Assembly: GCA_964575345.1 (NCBI GenBank)
Contig: CAZNQD010000008.1
Coordinates: forward strand, 620-64,619
Origin: an uncultured Bacteroidales bacterium
GTDB lineage: Bacteria > Bacteroidota > Bacteroidia > Bacteroidales > UBA1402
Reading direction: 5' to 3'
DNA: 64,000 bases
Each line of letters opens with the position of its first letter. Positions within the stretch are counted from its first letter, which is position 1. The notes below the pieces were generated by a model, which saw only the letters and a list, made by a program, of their open reading frames with translations, did not search any database and was not told the origin of the DNA. This document shows positions 37,943 to 47,340 of the stretch, in pieces. The position numbers and the translations under genes were made by a program.

Positions 37943-39817
37943 TTATCTGCCCAGCAAAACCAGCAAAATGCTGATGTCGCTGGGTGAGATTCCCGGGATG
38001 CGGCTGGCCTGGCCTAAAGTGTCGGGTTGTATTTTGTGTAATTTTTGTCTTGCTTCGAACGATAAGGAATGTATGCTTAAATAGTCGAATTTGTCCTTGA
38101 TTCTAATATTGTCGAGCCTTTGTATTTTTTCTGCCTGTAATTGTTCGCGCTCAATATAACCCTGGTACTTGATCTGAATTTCGGCTGCTTCAACGATTTC
38201 GTCCCGGCGATTGGGAATCTGTTCAATCCTTTTTTTGAGTGCAGGAATATGCTCTTGTAAAATAGTAAAAGACAATTGTGGCCGCAAAATAAGATCGCTC
38301 AGGCGGACACCTTGCTTAAGCGGAGCTGTATCCAGATTCTCCAGGGCAGTGTTTATATATTTCGCCTTAATGGAATATTGCCGGGTAAATTGCAGCAGGC
38401 CGTCTATTTCTTTTTGTTTTTCCTTCCAAAGATTCAGCCGTTCGGTTTTAGCCAGGCCCAGCGCATGCGATTTTTCGGTTAGACGAGCGTCGGCATCGTC
38501 TTGTCTTAACAATATGCGGTATTCAGCTCTGGAGGTAAACATGCGGTAAGGTTCATCTACGCCTTTATTGATTAAATCGTCAATCAGAACGCCGATATAG
38601 GCTTCGTCCCTGCTCAACACAAATTCGTTGCCTCCGTGGCAAAAAATATGCGCGTTAACTCCCGCTACCAGGCCTTGGCCGGCTGCTTCCTCGTAACCGG
38701 TAGTGCCGTTGATCTGGCCGGCAAAAAACAAACCGGGAATTCGTTTGGTTTCCAGAGTGGCTTTGAGTTGAACCGGATCAAAGTAGTCGTATTCTATGGC
38801 ATAGCCCGGACGATAAATATGGACTTGTTCAAAACCGGAAATTTCCCTGAGCCCTTTTAGTTGGGTTTCCAGGGGCAGGGAAGAGGAGAAACCGTTCAGG
38901 TAGTATTCCTGAGTCTCTTCTCCTTCTGGCTCCAAAAACAGCTGGTGTTGATCCTTGTCGCTGAAATTGACAATTTTGGTTTCAATGCTGGGGCAGTAAC
39001 GGGGCCCTATGCTTTGAATCTGCCCGTTGTACATGGGCGAGAGTTCCAGGTCTTCTCTCAGGAGCTCGTGCACACGTTCGTTAGTAAAGCAGATCCAGCA
39101 GCTGCGCTGTTTTAGCGGCCTGGGAGTGAAGTCGAGGTAGGAAAACTTATGAAAATCGTTCTCACCCTTTTGTTCGCTCAGCTTGTCAAAATTGACCGTT
39201 CTTGCGTCAATGCGCACCGGGGTGCCGGTTTTCATTCTACCGCTGCTGAATCCCAGTTCGCGCAGTTGTTCGGTTAAGCCCAGGGAGGCCTTTTCGGAAA
39301 GCCGTCCCCCTTTAATTTGATTTTTTCCTATGTGAATCAATCCATTAAGGAAAGTTCCGTTGGTAAGTATGACACTTTTGGCGTTAAAACTAACGTTGAG
39401 TTCTGTTTTTACGCCCTTCACTGTACCATTTTCTATCAGCAATTCTTTAACTGTATCCTGCCAGAGAAATAGATTATCGGTGTTTTCTACAACCCGTCGC
39501 CAAGCCTGAATAAATCGCTGGCGGTCGCTTTGTGAGCGTGGGCTCCACATGGCCGGCCCCTTGGAACGGTTGAGCATACGAAACTGTATGGCTGTTTGAT
39601 CGGTAACGATGCCCGTATAACCTCCCAGCGCGTCTATTTCTCTGACAATCTGCCCTTTAGCTATCCCTCCAATGGCCGGATTGCAGCTCATCTGGGCAAT
39701 TTTATTCATGTCCATTGTTATCAACAGGGTTTTAGAACCCATGTTGGCAGCAGCCGTAGCGGCTTCACAGCCGGCGTGGCCTGCTCCCACTACAATTATG
39801 TCGTACGAAAAGTTCAT
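37943..39817 (-). CDS. mnmG: tRNA uridine 5-carboxymethylaminomethyl modification enzyme MnmG (GidA)
   Basis: FAD-binding motif [16 protein letters not shown]; 624 aa with MnmG-like sequence throughout. Confidence 0.98.
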   Translation of the reverse strand: MNFSYDIIVVGAGHAGCEAATAAANMGSKTLLITMDMNKIAQMSCNPAIGGIAKGQIVREIDALGGYTGIVTDQTAIQFRMLNRSKGPAMWSPRSQSDRQRFIQAWRRVVENTDNLFLWQDTVKELLIENGTVKGVKTELNVSFNAKSVILTNGTFLNGLIHIGKNQIKGGRLSEKASLGLTEQLRELGFSSGRMKTGTPVRIDARTVNFDKLSEQKGENDFHKFSYLDFTPRPLKQRSCWICFTNERVHELLREDLELSPMYNGQIQSIGPRYCPSIETKIVNFSDKDQHQLFLEPEGEETQEYYLNGFSSSLPLETQLKGLREISGFEQVHIYRPGYAIEYDYFDPVQLKATLETKRIPGLFFAGQINGTTGYEEAAGQGLVAGVNAHIFCHGGNEFVLSRDEAYIGVLIDDLINKGVDEPYRMFTSRAEYRILLRQDDADARLTEKSHALGLAKTERLNLWKEKQKEIDGLLQFTRQYSIKAKYINTALENLDTAPLKQGVRLSDLILRPQLSFTILQEHIPALKKRIEQIPNRRDEIVEAAEIQIKYQGYIEREQLQAEKIQRLDNIRIKDKFDYLSIHSLSFEARQKLHKIQPDTLGQASRIPGISPSDISILLVLLGR

Positions 39818-39831
39818 AGTAGAAATTCATT

Positions 39832-40275
39832 TCAGGAACTCTGTTCCTTCTCTGTGATATCAATCAATACCAGCGCTTTGTTTTCTTCTTCGCGCATGAT
39901 TGTTTGTTGATTTATAGTTTTGTCTTCGAAACCGCAGAGATGTAAAATGCCATGAATTAAAACTCTGTGCAGTTCCCGTTGAAATGGCTGTTTTAAGAGC
40001 TCGGCGTTAGATGCAATAGTTAAAGGCGAAATAAACAAATCTCCTGAAATACTTTGCGCTGAACTATAATCAAAACTGATGATATCGGTAAAATAATCGT
40101 GGTTAAGATACTGTATATTAACTTCAGCAATTTTATTTTCGGAGCAAAAGATGTAATTGATTTGACCGGTTTTTTTGCCGTAACCGGCAGCCACTTCTTC
40201 TACCCAGGCGCTGATCTTGTTTTTATCCAGTTCCGGCAGGGCGATATCTTCCTGGTGAAATTGAATCATAAGCAA
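39832..40275 (-). CDS. ybeY: rRNA maturation endoribonuclease YbeY
   Basis: Zinc motif HGILHLCGFED; 147 aa. Confidence 0.93.
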   Translation of the reverse strand: MLMIQFHQEDIALPELDKNKISAWVEEVAAGYGKKTGQINYIFCSENKIAEVNIQYLNHDYFTDIISFDYSSAQSISGDLFISPLTIASNAELLKQPFQRELHRVLIHGILHLCGFEDKTINQQTIMREEENKALVLIDITEKEQSS

Positions 40276-40277
40276 GT

Positions 40278-41516
40278 TTATCTATGAAAAAACAGATAGG
40301 CCAGCAAGATGGATGCTATTATGCCGGCAAGATCAGCGATCAGCCCGGCTGATAAAGCGTAGCGTGTGCGCTTAATACCCACCGAACCGAAGTAGAGCGC
40401 AATAATGTAAAAGGTAGTATCGGTCGATCCCTGAAACACGCAGGCCAGCCGGCCTACAAAAGAATCGGCTCCATCCATCTTCATGGCTTCCACCATCATG
40501 GCTCTGGCTCCGCTTCCGCTCAAAGGTTTCATCATAGCTGTGGGTAGTGCATCCACAAAATCGGTGTTGATATGCAGGCTGTTGAAAAGCCAGGCGATGC
40601 CGTCGGTAAGAAAATCCATGGCACCCGAAGCTCTGAAAACACCTATACCCACGAGCATACCCACCAGATAGGGGATGATTTTTACAGAGGTTTTAAAACC
40701 GTTTTTGGCGCCGTCAATAAAGCTTTCCCAGATGTTTATTCTTTTGTATAAGCCACCGGCCATAAACAAAATAATTATACTCAACAAAGTACCATTGCTC
40801 AGCAGGCTGGAGGCAGTGCTCATGGTTTCTTTGTCCATTTGTGTGAACCAAAACACCAGGGCGGCAAGTAACAGGCTGATACCACCCAGCCATGCCACCA
40901 CGGTTTTGTTGAACAGCGACAGGCGCTGGCGAAAACCGACATAAAGTATTGCCGTCAGAGTGGACACATAGGTGGCAATAATAATGGGAACAAATACATC
41001 CGTCGGGTTTGTAGCTCCGAGTATGGCCCGTTGGGCAATCACACTGATCGGAATAATGGTGAGTCCCGAGGTGTTCAAGGCCAAAAACATAATTTGAGCA
41101 TTGGAGGCAGATTCCTTGTGAGGATTCAGCTCCTGCAGGCTTTGTATCGCCTTTAAGCCCAGTGGAGTGGCGGCATTGTCCAATCCTAACATATTGGCCG
41201 AAAAATTCATCAGTAATTCACCGTTAACAGGGTGATTTTTAGGTACGCCGGGGAAAAGTTTTGAAAAAAATGGACCCACAATACGAGACAAAAAACGAAC
41301 TGCACCTGCTTTTTCACCTATATTCATAAAGCCCAACCACAAAGACATAATGCCCACCAAAGGCAGACAGATATCCATAACGGCAAATTTTGCCATATCA
41401 AAACTGCTGCTCATGATCCGCTCAAAAACCGCATAATCGTTAAAAAATAAGCTTTGAACCAGAGCAAAAACAAAAGCAACAACGAAAAATCCCACCCAAA
41501 TATAATTGAGCACCAT
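40278..41516 (-). CDS. Nucleoside-recognition domain membrane protein (fused SpmA/SpmB-like)
   Basis: 412-aa polytopic membrane protein with SpmA/SpmB-like sequence (MLGLDNAATPLGLKAIQSLQ...). The fused form is common in Bacteroidota. Confidence 0.75.
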   Translation of the reverse strand: MVLNYIWVGFFVVAFVFALVQSLFFNDYAVFERIMSSSFDMAKFAVMDICLPLVGIMSLWLGFMNIGEKAGAVRFLSRIVGPFFSKLFPGVPKNHPVNGELLMNFSANMLGLDNAATPLGLKAIQSLQELNPHKESASNAQIMFLALNTSGLTIIPISVIAQRAILGATNPTDVFVPIIIATYVSTLTAILYVGFRQRLSLFNKTVVAWLGGISLLLAALVFWFTQMDKETMSTASSLLSNGTLLSIIILFMAGGLYKRINIWESFIDGAKNGFKTSVKIIPYLVGMLVGIGVFRASGAMDFLTDGIAWLFNSLHINTDFVDALPTAMMKPLSGSGARAMMVEAMKMDGADSFVGRLACVFQGSTDTTFYIIALYFGSVGIKRTRYALSAGLIADLAGIIASILLAYLFFHR

Positions 41517-41535
41517 ACGCCTTCATTTATGAGGG

Positions 41536-41543
41536 CAAATATA
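41536..41543 (-). promoter_or_regulatory. Bacteroidota-type -7 box for the spmAB-ybeY-mnmG-uvrC-dtd-mazG cluster
   Basis: The reverse complement reads TATATTTG, 19 nt upstream of ATG 41516. It lies at the left edge of the tandem repeat. Confidence 0.45.
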
Positions 41544-41549
41544 GCGTAA

Positions 41550-41978
41550 GTGAGAGCAATAGCCAAAATTTATTTTGGCTATTGCCGAGCGAAGCTATAT
41601 TCTGGGGCGCAGCCCAAAAATATAGCGTAAGTGTCTTTATGAAGCGATTGTTGAACCGGAGCGCATTTTTAGGGCGCAGCCCAAAAATATCCCTGTGAGA
41701 GCAATAGCCAAAATTTATTTTGGCTATTGCCGAGCGAAGCTATATTCTGGGGCGCAGCCCAAAAATATAGCGTAAGTGTCTTTATGAAGCGATTGTTGAA
41801 CCGGAGCGCATTTTTAGGGCGCAGCCCAAAAATATCCCTGTGAGAGCAATAGCCAAAATTTATTTTGGCTATTGCCGAGCGAAGCTATATTCTGGGGCGC
41901 AGCCCAAAAATATAGCGTAAGTGTCTTTATGAAGCGATTGTTGAACCGGAGCGCATTTTTAGGGCGCAGCCCAAAAAT
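41550..41978. repeat. Perfect tandem repeat, 2.96 copies of a 145-bp non-coding unit
   Basis: Units start at 41550, 41695 and 41840 and are identical base for base up to 41978. Each unit holds a 30-bp palindrome and two copies of the 17-nt core GGGCGCAGCCCAAAAAT. No ORF of 60 aa or more on either strand. Confidence 0.95.
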
Positions 41979-42016
41979 TAATTCCCCCGTCCCTTTCTAA
42001 ATTCCCCGAATGCGTG

Positions 42017-42024
42017 TATCTTTG
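42017..42024 (+). promoter_or_regulatory. Bacteroidota-type -7 box
   Basis: TATCTTTG, 16 nt upstream of the ruvB ATG at 42041. Confidence 0.45.
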
Positions 42025-42040
42025 AGCCTCACTTCACAAC

Positions 42041-43063
42041 ATGGATGATCAGTTTGACATACGCAGCCGCAAGCTGAACGAAAACGAACAGGATTTCGAA
42101 AAAGCCCTTCGTCCGCTCAGTTTTACTGATTTTCGCGGACAAGAAAAAGTGGTAGAAAACCTCAAAATTTTTGTTTCTGCCGCCTCGATGCGCGATGAAC
42201 CCATGGATCACGTGTTGTTGCATGGCCCCCCGGGCTTGGGCAAAACAACTTTATCCAATATAATTGCCAACGAACTGGGTGTGGGTTTCAAAGTCACTTC
42301 GGGCCCTGTACTGGATAAACCGGGCGATTTGGCCGGTGTGTTGACTGCCCTCGAAGCCAACGATGTCCTGTTTATCGACGAAATTCATCGCTTGAGCCCG
42401 GTGGTCGAAGAATACCTGTATTCGGCCATGGAGGATTACCGCATTGACATAATGATAGACAAAGGCCCCAGCGCGAGATCCATACAACTGGACATCAATC
42501 CGTTCACTATGATTGGAGCCACCACCCGCAGCGGCTTGCTTACTGCTCCCCTGAGAGCTCGTTTCGGCATTAACTGTCATTTGGAGTACTACCAGGCTGA
42601 GATCTTATCCGGCATTGTGCAAAGGTCAGCCCGGATACTCGAAGTGCCCTGCAGTACCGAAGCAGCTTCCGAAATTGCCCGGCGAAGCAGGGGCACGCCC
42701 CGCGTAGCTAACGCACTGTTGCGTCGTATCCGCGATTTTGCACAGGTAAAAGGCAACGGAAAGATCGACCTGAATATTACCAAATATGCTTTATCGGCCC
42801 TGAATATTGATACCCACGGCCTGGATGAAATTGACAACAGAATCCTGACCACTATTATCGATAAATTCCAAGGGGGGCCTGTGGGGCTGACCACCATTGC
42901 AACCGCTCTGGGCGAAGATGCCGGCACGTTGGAAGAGGTGTATGAACCCTTTTTGATTCAGGAAGGTTTCTTAAAGCGCACACCAAGGGGAAGAGAGGTT
43001 ACCGAGCTGGCCTGGAAGCACCTGGGCCGCAACTACCAGGGAAGTTTTCAACGTTTGTTTTAA
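42041..43063 (+). CDS. ruvB: Holliday junction branch migration helicase RuvB
   Basis: Walker [10 protein letters not shown], Walker [10 protein letters not shown], a RuvB sensor region, and a winged-helix C-terminus. Confidence 0.98.
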   Translation: MDDQFDIRSRKLNENEQDFEKALRPLSFTDFRGQEKVVENLKIFVSAASMRDEPMDHVLLHGPPGLGKTTLSNIIANELGVGFKVTSGPVLDKPGDLAGVLTALEANDVLFIDEIHRLSPVVEEYLYSAMEDYRIDIMIDKGPSARSIQLDINPFTMIGATTRSGLLTAPLRARFGINCHLEYYQAEILSGIVQRSARILEVPCSTEAASEIARRSRGTPRVANALLRRIRDFAQVKGNGKIDLNITKYALSALNIDTHGLDEIDNRILTTIIDKFQGGPVGLTTIATALGEDAGTLEEVYEPFLIQEGFLKRTPRGREVTELAWKHLGRNYQGSFQRLF

Positions 43064-43069
43064 GACGGG

Positions 43070-44566
43070 ATGGCAGGAATCAAATCGTTGGCCAAAGACA
43101 CTGCAATATATGGCTTAAGCAGCATCATCGGAAAATTCTTGAATTGGCTGCTGGTTCCCTTTTATTCCTATACACTCAAAGAAACCGGCGATTACGGTAT
43201 GGTCACAGAGCTTTACGGATGGACGGCTCTGGCCTTGGTAGTTTTAACTTACGGAATGGAAACCGGATTTTTCCGTTTCATTAATAACGACAAGTATAAG
43301 TCAGCTCAGGTTTATTCCACCAGCCTGAGCGTACTGGGCCTGACCTCCTTACTTTTTGTAGTAGTGTCTCTGTTGTTTTTGCCACAGATTTCGGCCGGTA
43401 TGGGCTATCAAAAATATCCGGAATTCATCGGGATGCTAATCATAATTGTGGCGGCTGATGCCTTTTGTTCCATTCCTTTTGCCTATCTGCGTTTTAAAAA
43501 CAAGGCCTTGCGTTTTGCCTCGATCAAGTTATTGATGATACTTACCAATATCATTTTCAACTTGTTTTTTATTTGGCTCTGTCCTAAAATTTACCGTTGG
43601 AATCCTACTTTGATCGATTGGTTTTATAAGCCCGATTACGGGGTAGGCTATGTTTTTGTATCGAATGTTTTCTCTACTGGCATAACACTACTGGCCTTAT
43701 TGCCCTATTTCATCAAAGTGAAATTCGATTTCAACCCGGCTTTGCTAAGGAAAATGCTTGGTTATTCGCTGCCCCTGCTTCTGCTTGGAATTGCCGGTAT
43801 CATGAACCAGACTTTCGATAAAATTATTTTTACCCACTTATTCGAAGATCAGCAATACGCCAGGGCTCAGTTGGGTATTTATGGAGCCTGTTACAAAATA
43901 GCTGTGGTTATGATGATGTTTACCCAGGCTTTTCGCTATGCCTACGAACCCTACATTTTCGCAAAACACCGGGATGGAGACAATCGACGGGCTTATGCCG
44001 AAGCAATGAAGTATTATATCATTTTTGCTTTTCTTATTTTTCTGGGGATTATGTTTTACCTCGATATTTTCAAATACATAATCAGCCCCGATTATCACGA
44101 GGGTTTGATGGTAGTTCCCATTGTTTTGATGTGCTATTTGTTCCAGGGGGTCTTTTTCAATCTTTCCCTCTGGTACAAGCTGACCGACCGAACCAGGTGG
44201 GGTGCCTATATTTCCTCGTTTGGCGCTTTCATTACCATTTTGGGAAACATCCTTTTTGTACCCCGCTACGGCTATGTGGCGGCAGCCTGGGTTTCTTTTG
44301 TCTGTTTTCTGCTTATGATGTTGATTTCCTGGTGGTTGGGGCAAAAATATTATCCCATCCGCTATGATCTGAAATCAGCCGGTGGATATTTATTGCTTAC
44401 AGCGGGCCTGTATGCTCTGGGGATGCTGCTGCCTATTGAACCTTTGTGGCTGAAATTACTTTTCAGAACGGCACTTCTGCTGATTTTCCTTTTAATATTG
44501 ATTAAAAAAGATTTACCCCTGAACCAATTGCTTCCGGGTAAACTTCTGCATAAAAAGACCAGGTAA
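43070..44566 (+). CDS. MOP-superfamily polysaccharide/oligosaccharide flippase (Wzx-like)
   Basis: 498 aa with roughly 12-14 hydrophobic segments and a polysaccharide-biosynthesis-protein type N-terminus (LAKDTAIYGLSSIIGKFLNWLLVP). Confidence 0.78.
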   Translation: MAGIKSLAKDTAIYGLSSIIGKFLNWLLVPFYSYTLKETGDYGMVTELYGWTALALVVLTYGMETGFFRFINNDKYKSAQVYSTSLSVLGLTSLLFVVVSLLFLPQISAGMGYQKYPEFIGMLIIIVAADAFCSIPFAYLRFKNKALRFASIKLLMILTNIIFNLFFIWLCPKIYRWNPTLIDWFYKPDYGVGYVFVSNVFSTGITLLALLPYFIKVKFDFNPALLRKMLGYSLPLLLLGIAGIMNQTFDKIIFTHLFEDQQYARAQLGIYGACYKIAVVMMMFTQAFRYAYEPYIFAKHRDGDNRRAYAEAMKYYIIFAFLIFLGIMFYLDIFKYIISPDYHEGLMVVPIVLMCYLFQGVFFNLSLWYKLTDRTRWGAYISSFGAFITILGNILFVPRYGYVAAAWVSFVCFLLMMLISWWLGQKYYPIRYDLKSAGGYLLLTAGLYALGMLLPIEPLWLKLLFRTALLLIFLLILIKKDLPLNQLLPGKLLHKKTR

Positions 44567-44569
44567 GAT

Positions 44570-45451
44570 TTACAAAACCGTAGTGTCTTTGACTATAGGG
44601 GCCGTGGTTCTGTTAATAATACCCGGCCCTTTGTAGTAATACAGAGCTTCAGGCATCTTTTGCTGAATTTTGGCTATACGCTTGGCGTCGGTAGGGTGAG
44701 TGCTCAAAAATTCCGGAATCGCAGCCCCTCCGGACGCTGACATTTTGGTCCAAAAAGCGGCAGCTTCCTGAGGATGGTAGCCGCTCATCGCCATAAAAAG
44801 CAAGCCCAGTTCGTCGGCTTCGTATTCCTGTTTGCGGGCATAAGGCATCATTACTCCCAACTGGGCTCCCAGTCCGAATGCCGTAGCGGCAATGTTTCGC
44901 TTGGTTTCTGATGTGCCGGCCAAAAGCCCGCCGGCAATTTCCCCGCCGAATTGCAGGGCTATTTGTTGACTGATTCTTTCAGTGGAATGTTTGGCGATGA
45001 CATGGGCGATTTCGTGCGCTATGACAACGGCCAAACGGGCCTCGGTTTCGGCTACAGGAAGCATGCCGGTGAAGACAACAACTTTGCCGCCGGGCATGGC
45101 AAAAGCGTTAACGCTGCTGTCTTTGACCAGGCTGAATTCCCAGTCAATGTTTTCCAGTTCGTAGGCCCTGCCGTTGAATTTCATAAAACTTTCTACAGAT
45201 TCCGCCATCGAACGGCCGATACGATTGATCATTTCTGCGTCAGCCGTATTAACCACAACTTCTGCGCTGTCCATAAAACTGCGGTATTCTTGCAAGCTTA
45301 ATTCGAGCACTTCCTGGTCGGAAACCAACATAAGTTGTTTTCTTCCGGTAAGAAAAACGCTACTGCAGGATGCTAAAAGAAAAGCAGCCAATAAGCCGGC
45401 AATAAAATTTTTTGCGCTTAGGGTGTATAAATTTGTTTTCATAGGATTCAA
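44570..45451 (-). CDS. M48-family zinc metallopeptidase lipoprotein
   Basis: Lipobox LLASC, HExxH motif AHEIAHVIAKH, and a downstream EYEADELG glutamate typical of M48. Confidence 0.88.
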   Translation of the reverse strand: MNPMKTNLYTLSAKNFIAGLLAAFLLASCSSVFLTGRKQLMLVSDQEVLELSLQEYRSFMDSAEVVVNTADAEMINRIGRSMAESVESFMKFNGRAYELENIDWEFSLVKDSSVNAFAMPGGKVVVFTGMLPVAETEARLAVVIAHEIAHVIAKHSTERISQQIALQFGGEIAGGLLAGTSETKRNIAATAFGLGAQLGVMMPYARKQEYEADELGLLFMAMSGYHPQEAAAFWTKMSASGGAAIPEFLSTHPTDAKRIAKIQQKMPEALYYYKGPGIINRTTAPIVKDTTVL

Positions 45452-45468
45452 TTATAAAAGCAGTAATA

Positions 45469-46338
45469 CTATCCAATGGTGTGGTTTTCAAGTAAAGTTT
45501 TGATCAAGGTCTCGATTTCTGCATCTGTTGATTGAAGCATCATGTTTTCTTTGGCCTGGAAAACAACGCTTTCGATTTTTTTGACCTTGGTAGGAGAGCC
45601 GGATAAACCGCAAAGGGCTTTATCGGCCTTAATAAAATCCACGTCCCAAACCGGAATGTTTAAATCGCTTCTTTGTTCGCAAAGAGCTTTAAATTTTGGA
45701 TTATCTTCGGCTTCGAGTGCTGTAAGAGCGTATTTGTATTTAAGGACTCTCCTGGCGTTACGCGGCCTGCAGGTTTTGGCAGAGCCATTCACTGTAATCA
45801 GTGCGGGCAGGGGCGAGAGTACCACTTCGATTCCTCTGGGCAGACGACGCTTAATGCGAATTTGTTTATTCTCCGGATCGAGCTCTAAAATTTCTTCGGC
45901 ATAGGTCACCTGGTGCATTTTGAGTTTTTCGGCCACCTGGGGGCCTACTTGTGCGGTATCGCCGTCGATGGCCTGTCTTCCTCCAATGATTAAATCAAGC
46001 TGTCCCATTTTTTGGATGGCTTTCGAGAGGGCGTAAGAGGTGGCCAGAGTGTCGGCTCCTGCAAAGGCCTTGTCACTCAGCAAGATGCCCCCGTCTGCCC
46101 CTCTGTATAGAGCTTCCCGTATCAATTCAGCCGCCCTGGGAGGTCCCATGGTTAATACCTGAATAGAAGTGTCCGGAAATTGTTCTTTGATGCCCAATGC
46201 CATTTCGAGCGCGTTGAGGTCTTCGGGATTGAAAATGGCCGGCAAAATAGCTCTGTTGACAGTGCCATCTTCTTTCATGGCATCTTTTCCAACGTTGCGG
46301 GTGTCGGGTACTTGTTTGGCTAAAACGACGATTCTCAT
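45469..46338 (-). CDS. etfB: Electron transfer flavoprotein beta subunit (EtfB/FixA family)
   Basis: MRIVVLAKQVPDT N-terminus, GADTLATSYAL, GRQAIDGDTAQVGP. No etfA gene is adjacent. Confidence 0.87.
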   Translation of the reverse strand: MRIVVLAKQVPDTRNVGKDAMKEDGTVNRAILPAIFNPEDLNALEMALGIKEQFPDTSIQVLTMGPPRAAELIREALYRGADGGILLSDKAFAGADTLATSYALSKAIQKMGQLDLIIGGRQAIDGDTAQVGPQVAEKLKMHQVTYAEEILELDPENKQIRIKRRLPRGIEVVLSPLPALITVNGSAKTCRPRNARRVLKYKYALTALEAEDNPKFKALCEQRSDLNIPVWDVDFIKADKALCGLSGSPTKVKKIESVVFQAKENMMLQSTDAEIETLIKTLLENHTIG

Positions 46339-46350
46339 ATGAAAGGATTA

Positions 46351-47244
46351 TTATATAGTGTTTCTGGGATGGAATTCCATCAGTTGTTGTCTTAAGTAGG
46401 CGGAGTCGAGATGGGTATATATCTCGGTGGTCTGAATGTTCTCGTGTCCGAGCATTTGTTGAATGACGCGCAGATTGGCCCCTCCCTCAAGCAGGTGGGT
46501 GGCAAAAGAATGCCTCAAAGTATGGGGCCCGATGTTTTTGTTAATACCGGCCAACAAGGCTTGTTCTTTGATTATTTTAAAAACCATGGAACGGGAAAGT
46601 TTATATCCGCGACGGTTCAAAAATACAAAATCTTCCTGATTCTTTTGTCTGGGCAGCAGATTTCTGTCAATTAACCAAAGCGAGATTTCCCTTATCGCTT
46701 TATGAGAAATGGGCACCAGTCGCTGTTTGCTCCCTTTGCCTTCGACCAGTAAATACTCCTCTTTAAAATAACAGCATGAAAGCTTCAGCCCGATTAGCTC
46801 AGAAACCCGCAGGCCGCAGCTGTAGAGTGTTTCAAGCATGGCTTTGTTGCGCTGGCCTTCTTTGCGCGACAAGTCAATACCGGCCAGAAGCTTGTCGATT
46901 TCGTCGACGGAGAGTACTTCGGGCAGCTTCTTGCCAAGCCGTGGCGTTTCGATGAGTTCGGTAGGATCGGCCGAAATAAAATCTTCTATCAGCAAAAAGC
47001 CGTAAAAAGATTTGATTCCGGAAAGAATTCTGGCCTGCGAGCGCGCACTGATACCAAGGTCTCTCAGCTGACATAGAAATTCTTCCAGGTCCTCATGCTT
47101 AAGTTCTGTCAGGGATTTGTTGCCGCTATAATCTATAAGTTTTTGTAAATCGCTCATATAGGCAACAAGGGTATTTTCTGATAGAGATTTCTCCAGTTTG
47201 AGAAAAGCCCGGTATTTTCTTATACAATCGGAAGCTGTCGTCAT
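46351..47244 (-). CDS. xerD: Site-specific tyrosine recombinase XerD
   Basis: Catalytic region HTLRHSFATHLLEGGANLRVIQQMLGHENIQTTEIYTH, 297 aa, in a housekeeping context. Confidence 0.88.
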   Translation of the reverse strand: MTTASDCIRKYRAFLKLEKSLSENTLVAYMSDLQKLIDYSGNKSLTELKHEDLEEFLCQLRDLGISARSQARILSGIKSFYGFLLIEDFISADPTELIETPRLGKKLPEVLSVDEIDKLLAGIDLSRKEGQRNKAMLETLYSCGLRVSELIGLKLSCCYFKEEYLLVEGKGSKQRLVPISHKAIREISLWLIDRNLLPRQKNQEDFVFLNRRGYKLSRSMVFKIIKEQALLAGINKNIGPHTLRHSFATHLLEGGANLRVIQQMLGHENIQTTEIYTHLDSAYLRQQLMEFHPRNTI

Positions 47245-47252
47245 ATTTTTTT

Positions 47253-47260
47253 TACCTTTG
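47253..47260 (+). promoter_or_regulatory. Bacteroidota-type -7 box
   Basis: TACCTTTG in the xerD/aroQ divergent gap, upstream of aroQ. Confidence 0.4.
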
Positions 47261-47340
47261 TCAGGCAGAAAATGTGAACTGCATACATGGCAGGCGGAGC
47301 AAAAATAGTAATAATAGAGGAACAGCTAAATTTTAAATGT

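Noticed and set aside
41639-41698. A 19-codon sORF (MKRLLNRSAFLGRSPKISL) is present once per repeat unit.
   Set aside because: It is very short and has no supporting signal. The third copy ends differently only because the repeat breaks off. It is most simply a by-product of the repeat, and cannot be supported from sequence alone.
41605-41978. The six regularly spaced copies of GGGCGCAGCCCAAAAAT looked like a small CRISPR array.
   Set aside because: The sequences between the cores are just two sequences alternating identically (67/78-bp spacing), which means a 145-bp tandem repeat rather than unique spacers. The core is shorter than typical CRISPR repeats, and there are no cas genes anywhere in the window.
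46351-47244. A tyrosine recombinase that might mark an integrated mobile element.
   Set aside because: Its sequence and length fit the housekeeping XerD. There is no adjacent tRNA, no flanking direct repeats and no cargo, phage or conjugation genes, and its neighbours are core metabolic genes.
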